A DNA stretch of 64,000 nt from Paraspadella gotoi (GCA_051294375.1 CM119270.1:10498766-10562765); one strand, 5' to 3'. Shown: positions 36,571 to 51,644, numbered from the stretch's first letter. The notes: generated by a model from the letters alone, not told the origin. Made by a program: numbers and translations.

Positions 36571-38518
36571 TCCGGCGAGTTGGATCTAATGCGGCATATT
36601 TCTTCATGTCTTCCCGCCTCTCTCTGTTCTCTCTCTGTTCCTCTCTCTCTTACCTTCTCTCTCTCTCGTCTCTCGCTCCTCTCTCTCTCTCTTCTCTCTC
36701 TCCTCTCTCTCTCTCTCTCTCCCCCGACGAGGTTTAATTTTCCTTTTTTTTTTTTTAATTCCTCTTTCTTGGCTTGGCGGGCGGCTGAAGCCTTCAGTTT
36801 TTCTTCGTTTTATTTTAATTCTCTCATTTTTCTCATTATCCTCTCTGTATCTTAATGCGAACCCAAAATCAATCAAACGCGCGGTTTTCCAGTGGGCAGT
36901 GGAGAGAGAGAGAAGAGAGAGAGAGAGAGGAAGAGAGAGAGAGAGAGAGACGACGAGGAAGTGATGTCGAGAATGTTTGTGAGAGAGGACAAAGAGAGAG
37001 AGAGAGAGAGAAAGCTACTATTCACACACTTTCTTCCCATTCAATCATTCATTCATCCATTCATTTATTCATTCATTCATTTATTCATTTATTCATTTCT
37101 TGATATTTCTACATTCATTTCTATATTCATTCGTAGTTCGTACTTCACAGTTTATGTGAATTTCCCTTAACCACATTTGAATTTCTTTGTGTCGTTCCCG
37201 CGCTGAATGTCACTCGGAAGATGAAATAGTCGTATATTTAATACGAGCGCCAAAACTTTACGATTTCCTCCGATTATTGGAATAAAGGCTCCCAGGTTTT
37301 TTTCTGACCGATGAAACCTTTTAAACCTTTTTACAACGATCGACCTTCGAATCGGTTTTTGTTTAAAACTGTCCCCGCTGATGCCGCCGCGGTCGCCGGA
37401 GACGCTGCAGATACCGCAGATGCCACAGACAAACCTTCACCGTCTTTGCCTTTTGTGTTAATGTAAACATTTAACTTTGTTATTTAACATTTAACATTGT
37501 TACCTTCTCAGGTCTTAATCTCGATTCCACAAAAAATACATATTCTTTTCATTTGCATTGAATCAACTTTAGAAAATGACCACTGACTCTGCAGCAGCTC
37601 AAACTAGCTTCCATCCTCCAGTGACGGCACCAACCAGACTGCAATGATCTTACCGCCAAACCGGGTCTGATGGTCGTCGTCATCATCGCTTCTGTGGCCG
37701 CCAACAGCGGCGACTTGATGTTGCCATAACCTTTAAAGGCCTCCATAACGTTTTTATCACTATCTTTGAGCGGAGAAGAGACGAAAGGCCTTCGGCGCGT
37801 CGTCGTCGCCGTCGTCGTCGCCGTCGTCGTCATAATCGTCGTCATCGTCCAGGTTTTTACAACTTTCCTTTCAAAGGCATTTCCTTTCTCCAGGGACCAG
37901 TTTTCTTCGGACGATATGTCCTTTTTTACTTTTTTTTTTTTTCTGAATCGTCTCGCTCTCTCTCCTCTCTTTTTTCTTCTCTCTCTCTTCCTATCTCTTT
38001 TTTTCTCTCCACTTTTTTTCTTTATTGGTCGTTCCCCTTTGTTTTGCGCTTTTCTCGCCCCAAACTTTGGGCCAAAGTGGACATCAAAAATCCTCATTTC
38101 GACCTTTCCTCTTTCTTTCACTCTCTCTCTCTCTCCCTCTCTCTCTCTCTCCTTCCATGTCTCTCTCCGCTTTATTTATATCCACCAGGGTGACTTAAGG
38201 TCGCTTTACGCTTTTCGTTGAAGAGAGAATCGAATCTCGTGAAGTTTTTAAGGGGAGATGAAATTCGGACGCAGAGCGAAGGCGAATGGGAAGGGCGAAG
38301 GCGACACAAAGAGCAAAGGCGAAGGCAAATGGAAAGGGAGAAGGCGATACGAAAGGGCGATGGCGATTTTGATTAATTAGGTAAAATAATATATATATAT
38401 TAATATTAAAATAATACTTTATTTTAAGTATTTCAATTTATTTTTTTAAGCTTTCCTTTTTTACCATTTATACATTGATATTCTTTTTTTTTACTTTAAA
38501 CATTTTTTTTGCAAAAAA

Positions 38519-38576
38519 TTTCCATTTAACTTAAACCAAACATTTTAACCAAAGTTTGGTTTAAGTTAAATGGAAA
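38519..38576. repeat. Perfect 23-bp-stem hairpin
   Basis: tttccatttaacttaaaccaaac - 12-nt loop - gtttggtttaagttaaatggaaa. Confidence 0.9.
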
Positions 38577-40862
38577 CAAACAAATATAAAGGATCCAGCG
38601 AAGAACCGAAAAGTGAACGACCGGTGAATCCATTTTGAGGAAAATCGTCGTGCGTCATCCCTAATCGTCATCCTTTTTTTTGTTTCCGCATCTGTTTTTG
38701 TTATGATTGTGTGGTCTCGCCCCACTGCCACGCCCACGTTATTTCCTTATTCGTCCGCCACTTTGCACCCCATCCTCCTTCTTTCCTTTGCCTGTTGGTT
38801 CCTTTATTCGTCCAGTTTCCCTTTCAAGTTCCCCACATTGAAATCTTTTCCTTCGAAGCCTCACTTTATTTTCTCCCTCGTTTACCTTCCATACTTACTT
38901 CCTTCCCCCAACTATCGATAAATATGTTCCTTTCTACTGATACCGTTTGCCGCCCTCTTCGCGCTCTCTCCTCTCTCTCTCTCTCCAACTCCTTCGCTGT
39001 GCCCTCTCGGATACGCTCGTTCGAATCCCGGGGCAGAGTTCAATGGATCTTCTATGCTGATCTTTTTCGCTCAGGATGCTCCATCTCAAGGCCTTCTCCT
39101 TCTTCCCTCCTCTCAGGCCTCTATTTTTTCTCATCTACTCCCAATTCCTCCCCCGCCCCCACCGACTCCACGGCCGTAGTAGTACAGAGGAGAAACTTTG
39201 GCACAGACACGCGTTTTGTTAGAGAACGTAAACACTAATTTTATAGAATAATTGTTATTAATATGACAACATATGTATAATTTTCTTACATCCCAAAGAA
39301 TTTTCAACCACAAATATGGAACCAAAACTATGACAAAACCTAGTGCATTTAAAAAAAAACTCATGTCAATAGATTAAGTTTCAACAAATTTAATTATTTC
39401 GTTGAATATTGTTTGAGTTGTGCTTAATGTCGACCTAATATTAACTCAATCCAGATACCAAGAAATAAAAAAAGATTAATAACTTTATTAAGTATTCAAT
39501 ATTTAACAGAGATGAGCAGCAGAACCAATATGCAGCAGGAGAACGGAGATGCAGAATCAACAGAAGAGAAAGGAGTAACAGTAGCAGCAGAGCCGAGATG
39601 CAGCATCAGCTCAAAGCTCCATAAAAACTTAAAATTAATCAACATATTCAAGGAATTTTTCAAATATTATTTAATATCTGATGGTCTCAGAGGAATCTTC
39701 CAAAAATTAAGAATTTACTCTCCTTTTATAATACAAGGACACAATTATAACAACCAATGAGAGGAGAGTTCACATTTTGAAAATAAAATCAAAACATCTA
39801 CTAGTTATTATTAACCAATGAGAGACCAGATATTCAAATTCAATGTATAAAATTCAACCATTTAGAGGCTTTAAACAGAATTATTGAAGTCATTTAATAA
39901 AACCTTAAAACCTTTAATTCAGATATTTGAGCCTTCAAAAATAAACGGTCAGGGCTCAATTCAGATAAAAATAGCTAAAAACTCTTTAACATTCATTGTA
40001 ACTTGAATTCTAATTCAATACTTACTGTACCGGATCTTTTGAAATGGAAAAAAAAAAGAAAAATAAAAACAAAGAGACATTTTTTTTTCTTTTTCGCCAG
40101 GTTAGTAATTTAAGCCGGAAAAAAAATTCCGGAAGAACCGGAAGAGACCGAAGTGGGCGTGGCAAAGAAGAGAGAGAGGGGACGGGATACAAAGAGGAAA
40201 GAGGGAGGAAGGAGGAAAAACAGGAGGAGATTGGAGAAGAAAGACGAGGAAAGACAAAGGGAGGTGAGAGTGAGGTCAGGAAAGAAAAGAAAAGGGGGTA
40301 GGCAAAGAAAGAGCGATGGTGGGCGGAGGTTGAGGACGAAGAATGAGGTGGAGGTGGGACCCACTCGCGACAAAGGAAAGTGAGAAGGAAAAAGAAAAGA
40401 AAAAAAAAGGAAAGAAGAGTCTAAGAGAGGATAATGGTTATTGTTTTTAGAGGCAGGGACGAAGAATGGTTAACGTCACGACCAATGGCGCAAAAATGGA
40501 GAAGAGCTACAAGAAAACAAAGGAGCCTCGATTATGACGACGACGACGACGATAATGATGACGCCGGCGAAAGGGATGCAAATGACCGTTGCTGAGCCGA
40601 TTTGAGGTAAGCAGAACCTCTTAAGAAGAAGAGTTCGAAATGGCGGGCGACAGAAAGTTAAAATTTTACGTCATTCATGAAGCGGAGGTCAATACTTGTT
40701 AATTTCGAGAAAAATGAAAAAAAGAACAAATGAAATTAGTGATTAAAAAGATATAAAAATCATCAAGACAAAATTACAATATTATGAATTATGCTTCAAT
40801 TTTACAATAATACAATGAATCAATGATACAAATACAGTAAAGCACCCAACAGTTTATCTTAA

Positions 40863-40985
40863 AACAAGTTTGAATAAACAATGTCGGACCTGCCTACGAT
40901 AATTAAGCGGTAATCAGCTAATTAGATGATAAATGACGATAATTCTTTCATCTTGTGATTCTAACCGATCATAACTGATATAATA
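40863..40985 (+). mobile_element. 5' fragment of Helentron/DINE-like element
   Basis: Close match to 6291-6410. Confidence 0.7.
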
Positions 40986-41229
40986 CAAATAAATGATAAG
41001 CAGATCCGATTAAAAAGGAAAGCTTGCGTGTGTTATATAGAAAGAAAGTAAAGAGAGAGAAAGAAAAAAATAAAAAAGTGAAGAAAATATATAAGAAAAT
41101 TAAAGAAATGAAAAAAATAAAAGAAGAATAAAATAAAAGATAAAGCAAAAAAGAAGGAAAGAAAAAGAGAGAAAAGAACGCTGTGGAAAAAAGTGATTGA
41201 TTTTTCTTACGTCTTTCTGAAAACATGCT

Positions 41230-41339
<110 letters not shown>

Positions 41340-41723
41340 GGCGTCTCTTTGGCCTCCGCCATCATCGTGTCTGCCCCCTTTAAGGCCTCTTATCCATTCT
41401 GCCTTGATGATGGTTTGAATTTTGAATGGCCGCCGGCAAAGGTGAGACTCGCGCCGGCAGACGACGCCGACGACGACGACGACGACGTCGTTTTTGCGTC
41501 CTCGCCCCTCGAAGCCTCACCTTCCTCACCTTCCTCGCCTCGTTTCGCCGTTAACGTTCTTTCTTTTCTTCGCTCAGAACTCACCCTCTGAACGACCCCG
41601 ACTCCCTTTAGCATTCTAAGCATTGATTTTTTCTTCCTTTTTTACTTTTCTTTTGTATTTCGTGCTAAAAATAAATAAGATTAAATTATATTATAGTGAT
41701 GATGAGAATAAAAATATTAGAAC

Positions 41724-41821
41724 AGAAAATATTTCGATTCTACATCGATAGATTTTATTATTATTCAATCCTTCATGAGCGCTTTTTTAACAAATCTATC
41801 GTATGAATCGAAATATTTTCT
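41724..41821. repeat. ~100-bp inverted-repeat element (mini-MITE)
   Basis: agaaaatatttcgattc..cgatagattt / aaatctatcg..gaatcgaaatattttct. Confidence 0.7.
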
Positions 41822-43047
41822 CTTTTAAGTAAATCAAACATAACGAAAAGATAGAAACAATACAATAATAATATTATGTATTATATATAATAGTCTTCCT
41901 GAGCTTAACTTTACTTCTTTTTTATGTTAATACCCATGCTTGTCTCTTCATTTCTTTACACCCTGTTTTCCTCTTTCCCCCTGTTTCCTCCTTTCATTTC
42001 TCCTTTCCTCCCTCTTCCTCCTTCTCTTCCTCCTTTTTTTTTCTAAAAGACGCCGGTCGACGTTATTTTGATGGCCACCGACATCCTCAAAGGTAACTAT
42101 GACGACGAGGACAAGCATGACGACGTCGTCGACGACGACGACGAAAAGCGACCGTCAAAAAACTGAGATATTTTTTTAAAGGCGCGTGAGAAATAAACCG
42201 TCAAAACTTTGACGGGGAAAAGGAAATATTCGTCAAGTCTTTAGTCACGCCATTAAATGGACTTTTTTTTTCGTTATTAAAAACTTGTTTTTAACTTTTC
42301 ATGAAATGAGAATAATTCTAAAAGTTTGTGAAAAAAAAACCTGACGAGATGACGCGACGTGAGAACGACGACGAAACGACGAATATGACGATGACCACGA
42401 CGATGCATATGATATTGTTGATTCCTGGCACACTCGCAATGTTTAAAATGACTAAGGACTTTAAAAAGGATGCCATGGTTATTCAAATTATACTGACAGC
42501 TGTATATATAAATAACCTACACCGTTAACTTACATATTACTTGGATAATTCTTCAATGTATTAATAACGTCGATTCCAACTACTTCCAGTATTGAAAAAA
42601 AATACTGAAAAAAAGGCCATAAAAATCGAGACGGTGAGCGCCGACGCATCACCTGGCCCACCTGCCGTCTCAGACGCCGACATCTGCGGCGTCGGACGAC
42701 GATGACGATGACGATGACGACGACGCCGTCGCCGACGACGACGACGACGACGGTAAAGAAAGTCGTCATTTGAATGACTGGAAGGATGGAGCCCGTTTAT
42801 GGCGGATCAAAAGTCAGGCAAAGAAAAATCACCGTCGCGACGCCAGCGCGGGGGGGGAGAGAAGAAAGTGGCTGAAGGTTTGAGGGGGTAGGAGGGGGGG
42901 AGAGAGGGAAGTAAGATAAGGGAGAAAAAGCTGAAGGCGAAGAATGAAAAAATTAAGTGGGATAAAGAAAAAGGGGTTGTGAAAAAAAGAAATAGAGAGA
43001 AGGAGCAAAATTTTGTGGGATTATTCGAAGATGCACAGAGAGAGAAG

Positions 43048-43086
<39 letters not shown>

Positions 43087-43091
43087 ATGAG

Positions 43092-43152
<61 letters not shown>

Positions 43153-43496
43153 AATGAATCAAGACGATAAGCGACATATCGATGCCTACAATGGAATTGA
43201 TGGCTCAAGGCAACTGCTTACAGATTATCCTTATCTAATCTTCTCTTTTCCAACGATATCCACACGAAAACGAATACTTCCCCGTTTTTTTTTTCCGACA
43301 AGAGACTTTTCCTGTGAACAAGTGATCGACCAGACGAATCGGGCCGTGACGGGCAGGCCTCGCCGGTCCAAAGCCGAGCGGGCGGGCGAGGCGCTTCAAC
43401 CGGAAGCAGCGCGGCGCCAACCGGCGTCCAAAGCGTCTCGTTCCAGCGCCAATAATTCACGTCTCTTTTGTGACGTCGGCGTCGTCATCGTCGGTC

Positions 43497-43557
<61 letters not shown>

Positions 43558-43573
43558 AGGAGGCGGTGGCGGC
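43497..43573. repeat. (CGG)n trinucleotide repeat in CpG-rich island
   Basis: Direct inspection. Confidence 0.95.
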
Positions 43574-44194
43574 ACATTTCTCGCTATTCTCCTTTGATTC
43601 ACCAGCGTGACGCCGTGACTGTGATCGGAGTCGGTCATCGACGTGACAGCGACGATCGTTTGTGAAGAAGTGCGGGGGGACCGGGGACGTGTCACTTCGA
43701 GTGACAAAGAAAAATAAACTGTTGGCGTGATTGAGTACGAACTATTATAACGTGACAAGCAGATTGTATTCAGAAATACAATCAAAGGAACCGGCTGAAT
43801 ATTATTATTACTAAATTATCGAAAGAATAGACGGTGGACGGCTGACTACAAGAATTGGGCCTTCATGATAATAAGATAATAATAATTTGTGATTTTGGTG
43901 GAAAGAATTAACGAAGTGGAAGATGTGAAATCTATTATGGGCTGCTGTTGAACTGAAATGAAATCGGGTAAGTATGAAATAAAACACTATTTTAGTATTT
44001 TGAAATTGATTACCATTATTACGCATTTAATATGTGTTTTTTAATAGAGCTACCAACTTGATTATACCTAACTAGTTCTGTGGGGGTTGAAGGGCGAAGC
44101 GAAGAGGAGCGAGAGTTGAAGCAGAATTGAAAGGAATGGCTCAGTCCTGAATCATTATTTCGCGATTAACCTCGTGTTCAACTGTAAAAAACAT

Positions 44195-44225
<31 letters not shown>

Positions 44226-44717
44226 ATCTTCCGTTCTCTCTGTCGTCTCTCTCTCTCTCTTTCTCTTCTCTTTCTCCGTTTCGCTCACCTTTCACGTCAT
44301 CCGCTCAACGAGAAAGGGGCGAAGCGGCGTCACTCTTGACGAGCCGGCGCGCGGGCAGAGGCGCCCGCAGCGGCGCCCGGTCAAAAAACCGGCGCCGGCT
44401 GATTCAGGCGTTCCGACGCCGGCGGTAGCCAGGCGCGGCTATGCGTCTGGCGGTCGAGTGACGCCGGGATTCTCTCCGAAGGCGTCGCGCCCCCGATAGG
44501 CCACCCTGTGCTCGGCGCCGTGGAAGGTCCACGTCAAAATTGGCGCAGCTTTGACGTTCTTTCTCGTTAAAGCGCCTCATTAATGGATTACGGAGGTCCA
44601 CGAAGATTTTATGATGATTTCAAGGTTTGTAGCCGTTTTTTATTTGTAAAATTTAAATTTTTTACATAATTTAATTTTATCAAACTCTCCATTTCTAGAT
44701 CCTACCTATCGCCAAAC

Positions 44718-44955
44718 TACACCAGACAACGCTCTGGCCAACATGCTGCCTCCACACCAAACGCTCCGCCAACAACGCTCCTCCACACCACGCTCCGCAC
44801 ACAAAGCTCCTCCACACCACGCTCCGCCACACAACGCTCCTCCACACAACGCTCCGCCAGCACCAACGCTCCTCCACACCAAGCTCCGCAACACAAGCTC
44901 GCTCCACACCAAGCCCGCGCACAACAACGCTCCTACCACACCAAGCCCCGCCACT
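44718..44955. repeat. ~15-bp minisatellite (acacaacgctccgcc variants)
   Basis: Direct inspection; explains ORFs 44695-45105. Confidence 0.85.
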
Positions 44956-47507
44956 CAAACGCCATCCTCGACGCCGCCCGACTCGGGGCGCCGGAAGTCA
45001 CGCTTAATGACGTCATCGCCGGTCATCACGAAGTCGACGACGCGAAAGGAGGTGAGGTTTGGGCGCGGGAGGAGGGAGGAAGGGCTGAGCATTTGGGGTG
45101 AGTAAGGGATGTGAAGCGGTGTGAAGAAAGGGCAGGGTGATTGGGGGTGAAGTGGATAGCAGGACGAAAAAGCATCGGGTCGCCGAGCGGAGAAGCGGAT
45201 CGATAAGAGGGTAGGAAAGGTGAGATAAGCAATGATATGTAATTCATATGAGGAAAAAAGGTTATAAAATGTTATACACATGAGAATCACAATGAAAATC
45301 ACAAAAAATGTCATTACATTGTAAAAAAGAAAAGTTTAAAGTTTAAATTTCAAGAAAAAGATGCGTAGAAATCAGTATAAAGAAAGCGAATAAATAATAC
45401 ATAGTGACAATTTTACAAGCGTCGGTAGAAAAACGCTGTCATTTGCATAAACATAAACATACACGAGAATGCGAAAATAGAATAAAAACAATATTCGGCA
45501 AAACAAAAAAGAGAAACAAGCAACAAAAAAAGAGAAAAAGAAAAAAAAAAGAAAGACAATGAGGAAAAAATTGGGGAAATATGAAGGGACCTTTGGGCGG
45601 AAGAAAAAGGAGGAAGTAGGCTAATGGAGATCCCGATGCCTCTTCTTCCTTTTCTCTTCCGTTTCCTTTTTCGCCAACCCTTTGCTCCATCTCTTCCTAA
45701 TTCTCTTCCTCTTTCCTTCACCTCTTTCCTTCACCTTCTTAAAACCATCTCCTCAGTATCGGAGTTTGACCAAAACTTTCTCGAACAACTCAACGTAAAT
45801 CTTACCACGAACTTCGTGCGACAACTTAATGACATACATTTTTTTATTCTTTTAATTAATTTTATTAAAAATCGAAATATTTAAATCCTTTAAGTTTTTT
45901 CCTTTCAATTCATATTCGTTTTTTTCTTCCTTCCTTCCCCACCAAAGTACCGAGAGGCTCATCCTCGGTTATGAAAAACAATTTTCGCATCCCCGCCCCT
46001 TAATCCTTTCGCTCAAAACTTCCCCTTCCTCCTCCTCTTCATAATCTCTTTGTTTCCTCATTGCTCCGACGAAACTCGTCCCAAATGACGCGTCAATCTC
46101 TTCACCGCCGCTTTAACTAGTGACCACAGCTTCAATCGCTTGACCACGGCTTTAACCCGTGACCACGGCTTATATTTTGTGACTACAGCTCTGTTGGACA
46201 AAATTTTCTAAGGCCTTTTTCATATGCTGATCATTTAGTTTTAAAAAGTCGAAATTTTAGCAAAATATCTACGTATGTCGTATATTAGTTAGCATCTTAC
46301 CGCGTTTACTTCGGTTTCTTGAGTTGTAGCTTTCTGTAAAAATTTACTAAAACTATGATCAATGATTATATATCTTTACATTATATTGCCAAGGATGAGA
46401 TAGTGTCAAATTTGGAGATCAATACCTTCAAATTTCAAGTAACCACGCCCGTCACGGTTCTCCCCCTTTTTTCACGAGATCATCGACCACATTTTCTCGG
46501 TCTCCCTTTCATGGTCCCATTAATCCGCCCCTCAGGTCATCATTATCCTTCCCATTCGCTATATCCTCCTTTTGACCATCAACTCAATGACCGGAATCCA
46601 TTTTCTTCATTTTCTCCATTTTTGTTTTCCCCCATATCGACCATGAAAAACAAAATGGAATCGTTTTGTTTCAAATTTCATTTGGTTTTTATATCTTAAC
46701 AAAATACTTTAGCGACTACGCTTGGGTAGATTTTTAAACAATTAATTATTAAGTTTGTCAAGTACTAATACTTTTAGGAATCTTGCCCTCCGCCTTTTTA
46801 TCTCTTGGCCCCTTCTCTCCCCCTTTTTTTCCCTCTCTCGTTTTGACCATAAACTTGATGACCAAGGGGCCATTTTGTCCATTTTCTCCCTTTGTTTTGA
46901 TCATAAAATTCGATAAGCTACGTAGGAGGATATTTTTTGTTATTTTTATTTTTTTGCCAATATTGTTTAACAATAAACGCGGAGAAGGGAGTTTCGGGTT
47001 ATAGTTGTCAAAATTAGCGTCGATCCCCGTCGATACGTAGTCCGCCACGCCCTTAGCGCCGCGCCCACCTTTGACTTTGGCGACCTTCGAAAGGGAAGTA
47101 ATCTCCTTCTCTTTCCGGGGCCAGTGGACCTTCGCATCAATCCGGTCACCTCCTTCGCCCTCCTTTGCTCTTCCATTGCTCCTCCACTTCACCCCATTCG
47201 CCTTCGCAATCAATTCGATTACCAATTGCTCTCACTCCCTCTCTATCCTCTCCCTCTCTATCCCGCCCTCCCTCTCTAATCCTTTAAACCGTTCAATTCC
47301 GCAATGACCATTTTGTTGTTCGTCTGTGTTGACATCCCCTTGGACCCATTGTCCGAAAATCCAGGCCGAAGGCCCAAAAGCTGAGGGAAAAATAAAAATG
47401 AAAAAAAAGGGGGAAAAAAAACGGGTACGAAGAGTAAAGCAATTGGGACTTTTGGTTAAGCTCGTTCGGATCAGTTAGTCTCGTGCAAAAATTATCTCTT
47501 TTGAACT

Positions 47508-47508
47508 C

Positions 47509-47597
<89 letters not shown>

Positions 47598-47642
47598 ATT
47601 ATTATTATTATTATTATTAATATGATTATAATGATTATTATC
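47508..47642. repeat. (ATT)n microsatellite
   Basis: Direct inspection. Confidence 0.95.
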
Positions 47643-48881
47643 ATATCTCGTGGTTTTTCAGTTTGGTTTTGTTTTTGTTTGTCTTTTTTGTCGTTGTTTG
47701 TAGCGATGAAACAGAGCAAAATCGAGAAAAGCGATTCTCTAACCAAGAGAAAAAGAAGAAAAAAAGAGCTAAAAAGAAAATAAAGGATAGAAAAAGGCAA
47801 AAAAGGAAGAATAAAAGAAGGAAAGAGACGGAAGTAAAGAAAGGGTGGGCGGGGGAAGTCGAAACCGAGAGGGAGGCTTCCTCGCTAATGGATGAAATGA
47901 AGGAGAGAATAGAGAAGATGAGTGGCGGCTACGGCGGCGGCTGCGGCGGAGTCAGCGGCGGAAAACCATTTCCGAGGTCAGATGACCGCAGACTTCGGCG
48001 GCTAACGATTTCTCTGCTTAGTCCACCGAGTAACGAGGATCGGAGGATCCGCTATCTTCTGGTTCCTTCCTTTTCTTTTTCATTTTCTTTTCTTTTTATT
48101 TTTCTGTTCCTTACTTTGCTATTTCCTCTTCTTTTATTTTCTTCTTTTGGTTCCTTCCTTTTTTTCTGTTCCTTTCTATTTTTTTAACGTTTCCTTATTT
48201 TATTTACCCTTGTCCTTCCTTTACTTTTTTCAGTTCCTTTCTTTTTTTTTCGATGTTTTCTTTTTACATCTTTTCCCTTCCTCAATTCTGCATTCTTTTC
48301 TTCGGTCTATATACCTCTATTATTTAATGATATACATTCGACTATTTAATTTCGTTTCTACCTTTTTTCTCAATGTGCGTGTTATTTTTTCACCTACCTC
48401 ACTATTCAATTTCTTATTTTCTCTCCTACTATACCTTTTTTTAACCACTATTATATTTGATGTATTCCATTTTTTTTAATAATTCAAGATTTTAACGCCT
48501 ATTTTCCCCCTCCCTTTTATTTCCTCATTTTACATTCCCTTATTTATGATTCTCTCAGTTTTATTTCCCTATTTTATATCCCACCCTACCCTTTTTACTT
48601 CCCCTAAAATCATTGGACGTTTATTGTCGAGATCTGGGGTTCGAGGTCAGTTTCCGATTTCAGGGTCAACTTGTGCCAAAAAAGTCTTGAGGTCATGAAA
48701 AAAATACGATCAAAGGATATGGCACCGAAAGGAGCGAAAAGGGATTTCATCCACCCAACGCTTCCTCACCCAAAACTCGAGTTTTATTTACGCATGAATT
48801 AATTTTTTTAAAAATCCACTTGGCTTTATTTACCCTGAATCGAAGAAAACTTCACCGCCTATAACAAACTTCATTCACTTA

Positions 48882-49468
48882 CTATCTAGGAAAAAAGTAT
48901 ATCACATTTTTAATAAAGGATATCTACTCAAAAACTTATTTTATTTAAAAAAATCAAAATGTTTTTAAATCTATGTATATTGAATTTTTTTCAGTAGCTT
49001 TCTTCTATTTTTTTATAAGTCAAATCGTTTAGAAGTTAGAAGCAAAATAATATTGTTACCTCAAATAAAAAATGTCGAAAAAAAATAATATTTAATTTTT
49101 TACCATTTTTGATATTTAGTTATTTGTTTTTATTTTACATAAAGTTAGTTATTTTTTAAAAATGTTTTTTAATTTAACAATGCTAAAGGCCTTGCACCTT
49201 TTTTTGGTTAAAAAAATACTATTATAGCTCTCAGAAAAGAGGGAAAGATGTGCAACATCAACACCGGGCCTAAAAAAAATTTCGTTAAAAATGTAGAAAA
49301 ATATTTCACTAGCATACCTCAATTTGTTGTATGAGAGCATGCCCAGCTGAATGCAGGCAGTAGTCAATGATAAGGAAAGGCATACCAAATATTAAGAATG
49401 TTTTATTTGTATTTTGTATACTTTTTATTGAATAAATGAATTATGTGATATACTTTTTTCCTAGATAG
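48882..49468. mobile_element. Tc1/mariner-type MITE
   Basis: Perfect 26-bp TIR ctatctaggaaaaaagtatatcacat / atgtgatatacttttttcctagatag flanked by TA on both sides; no ORF. Confidence 0.85.
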
Positions 49469-49954
49469 TATTCTTGTGAGATAAGTATCTAAATAGGCGA
49501 ACCAAATCATTAAAATTCTACGTCACGCTTAGAATCAAGCGAATAGGAATCTTAAATTTAAGTGAGTATGTGGATGAAAAGGGGCAACGAAAAACGGGTT
49601 GTGGGTTGTGGGTTAAGGGTTGTGGGGTTTGGGACGAAAAGGTTATGTTTGGGGACGAAAGGTCGGTCAGAGGGTCTCTTCCCCCCCCTCTTTCTGCAAA
49701 GTATATGGGCGACCGTTGAGGACGTCAATGTTTTGCGATTTGCGAGAAATCAACAACCGGCCGGGCAATTCGGGCTTCGTTCCCCCTCTATGCCCCAAAC
49801 TCACTCCAACCTCTTCTTAGAAAAGGCGCCATCTACTCAACGCCCGTCGACGCCGTTTTCGCCAATTGTCGCCGGCAGCGCCGCCGCCGTCCGCGGTGCA
49901 ACGCCAACAGGCGACGGCGGTGACGCCACGAGACCGTCAAGAACCGGAAGTCGC

Positions 49955-50031
<77 letters not shown>

Positions 50032-50106
50032 AAGGATCGCCTTTGAAAAGGAGCGAGGGAAAAGCGCCAAAGGGGCTGCATCATATCACGCGCCCTTTTG
50101 ACCTCT

Positions 50107-50223
<117 letters not shown>

Positions 50224-50738
50224 GGTTAAAGATATGAATAGATAGATTCTTGATAAATTTATAGTAGTAAGATTGTAAAACACCTTTTCTCTGAGTTTTT
50301 CGATAGTCTTTAAATGTGAAATAAATATAATTACAAGCTATTTTAGAATTATAAATTTTTAAATTAATGAACAACGATGAATAGTGAAACAATACTAACG
50401 TCGTCCTTTCCCGTACCCATCTGGGAAGCTCTTCACCTCACCTCCATCTCGGCGGGTGACACGAGTCAAATAACAAGAGTGAGTAAATTCATAATTCAAC
50501 CCTTTCGTCGTCGTCGTCGTCGTCGTCGTCTCGAGGCGAGATTGGCTTTGTCGGTCAAAACCGTCCTTCCCGACAAATAATATCCCCGGCGACCGACAAG
50601 GGGAGCCAGGCGTCGTCTCCGTCGTCGTCGTCTTCGTCGTCGTCAACAAGCGTCGGTCAAATCGATCGTCGGACTGAGACGCTTTGGAGAAAACAAAGCC
50701 CCGAGAAGGGGGAGAGTGAGATGGGGAAAGGGAGAGAG

Positions 50739-50826
<88 letters not shown>

Positions 50827-51644
50827 AGAGAGAGAGAGAGAGAGAGAGATTGAGAGCCGTTAAGTTTTTCTTTAAGCCAATGAATCGGTGGCTCGCTTTA
50901 CATTGTCCTTTGTTCGTAAAGTCATCATTTTCATCGTTATTATGGTAATATTAATATAAATATTAATATGAGTCGGAAAAGGTTATTGTCGTCTTTTCAG
51001 GACTTCAATAAAACCGATATCTTTTTATCGTCGCAGTCGTCATCGTCGTCATTGTCGTCATCGTCGCCGTCGTCCTTAGGATTAGAGGCTGGGCAGTGGG
51101 CAGTGGAATATTTGGGAGAAAAAAAGGTGCTTAACTTTCCCCATCGGAACGGGTTTAAGGAAGGCGGTAATAAGAGCAAAAGGTGATTCGACCATTTCTC
51201 TGTCGCCGCACTACGGTGTGAATAAACGTGAATGGGAGGGGGCGTTCACTACGGTGGGAATATTGAACAAGATGAAGAACATACATCATAATAACTGTTA
51301 AAAATTTAATATTTTGTCATGGATTGGGTTAAAGAAAAATAATAAATGTATTACAGTAGGATTTCCGATAATGAAATTTTTTTTTGCGATGAAAAGACTA
51401 AAAAGACTACGTTACAATACTTTATGAAATCCAACTAGAAAATATAGATATACATATTGTATATCTCTCTTTCTCTCCCTATTTTTCTTTCTTTTAAGTC
51501 TTTCTCTCTCTTGCACGCTCACACTTTCTCACTCCCTCTCAAGGCCTCGGCAAAAACCATAGATTGAAGACAATAAAAGGGATATAAAACGAATTGGACA
51601 GCCCAATTCCACGTGGGAGAAATTGCCAGAGAAAATCTCTCTTT

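Noticed and set aside
39015-39035. B-box-like gttcgaatccc
   Set aside because: No A box or cloverleaf around it
41341-41441. Plus-strand exon candidate after (CT)n (also minus 37653-37729 and plus donor at ~50478)
   Set aside because: Splice-like ends are expected by chance next to microsatellites; peptides unremarkable and no supported partner exon
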